Shown one piece after another: positions 63,275-64,000 of a DNA stretch of 64,000 bases. The DNA comes from Felis catus (taxonomy: Eukaryota). Location: the NCBI RefSeq assembly GCF_018350175.1, contig NC_058368.1, positions 98,954,001 through 99,018,000 on the forward strand, given 5' to 3'. The first letter of the stretch is position 1, and every line of letters starts with the position of its first letter. The notes under the pieces are model-generated. The model did not search any database, was not told the origin of the DNA, and saw only the letters and a program-made list of their open reading frames with translations. A program made the translations under genes and the position numbers.

Positions 63275-63491
63275 GGGGCGCCTGGGTGGGTCATTTGGTT
63301 AAGCTTTGGACTTTGGGTAAGGTCATGATCTCAGGGCTCATGAATTGGAGCCCCACGTCAGGTTCTGTACTGACAGCTCAGAGCTTGGAGCCTGCTTAGA
63401 GTTCTGTGTCTCCCTTTCTCTCTGCCCCTCCCCTGCTCACACTCTGTCTCTCTCTCTCAAAAATAAATAACATTAAAAAGAAAAAAAAAAA
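63275..63491 (+). mobile_element. SINEC_Fc-type SINE
   Basis: ggggcgcctgggtgg head, A tail; TSD-like tctgtttc. Confidence 0.94.
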
Positions 63492-63555
63492 GAGTCTGTT
63501 TCAGAAAACAAACAGTATAGTGTCTAAAGAGAGTCCAAGGGTGCTGCTAAGCAGG

Positions 63556-63591
<36 letters not shown>

Positions 63592-63724
63592 CTATGGGCT
63601 ATAGAAGTATGTGTGGAAGCAAAGTATTTCTGAGATTTGAACTTATTTTTGGTTGGGGGGAATACAAGTGGATTTGGATAATTTCATGCAGAGCATAGGT
63701 GAAATTAAAAATTTGGCAAGCCTT

Positions 63725-63940
63725 GGAGTGCCTGGGTGTCTTAAGTGTCTGACTCTTGATTTTGGCTCATGTCATGATCTCCCTTGTTGTGGGTTCAGGC
63801 CCTGCATTGGGCTTAGAGCAAGAAGCCTGCTTGGGATTCTCTTTCTCTCTGTCTCTCTCTCTGCACCCCTCCCCTGCTTGCATGCATGTGTATGTACATG
63901 CCATCCTGCTCTCTCAAAATAAATATTAAAAAAAAAAAAG
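63725..63940 (+). mobile_element. Can-SINE
   Basis: TSD aaaatttggcaag at 63708-63720 and 63941-63953. Confidence 0.93.
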
Positions 63941-64000
63941 AAAATTTGGCAAGACTAAAATCATAAGGATCATATATATGTCATGCTAAATACCTAGGAT

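Noticed and set aside
1..64000. Host protein-coding genes from the ORF track
   Set aside because: All ORFs are 60-125 aa; the recurring 'AQVMIS...SVLTAQSLEPASDSVSPSLS' peptides are SINE translations, others are microsatellite or L1/ERVL remnants, and none resembles a cellular protein I recognise
1..64000. CRISPR array, operon or prokaryotic defence system
   Set aside because: Sequence is mammalian; the recurring ~200 bp units are dispersed SINEs with TSDs, not regularly spaced repeats with spacers

Overview
Mammalian, not prokaryotic: an AT-rich, CpG-poor, repeat-dense non-coding segment (intron or intergenic) of a felid genome, judged from about 43 tRNA-derived Can-SINEs of the feliform SINEC_Fc type and a felid-type L1 3' end. 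No host protein-coding exon, RNA gene, CpG island or CRISPR array can be supported. The ORFs I can recognise fall in SINEs, microsatellites or degraded L1 ORF2/ERVL gag. The rest is older mammalian repeats (L2, MIR, L1M, MLT1, LTR16, ERV1-type LTRs, MER20) plus a few repeat-free islands with possible enhancer motifs. I found no new biological system. The best leads are retrotransposition oddities: a ~1.06 kb composite insertion (L1 3' end + unique DNA + SINE) bounded by one TSD inside a MIR, a tail-less SINE, a chimeric SINE, nested insertions and closely spaced inverted SINE pairs. There is also a possible recursive splice site. Repeat subfamily names are from memory of consensus sequences and boundaries of old repeats are approximate; both need RepeatMasker/Dfam confirmation.
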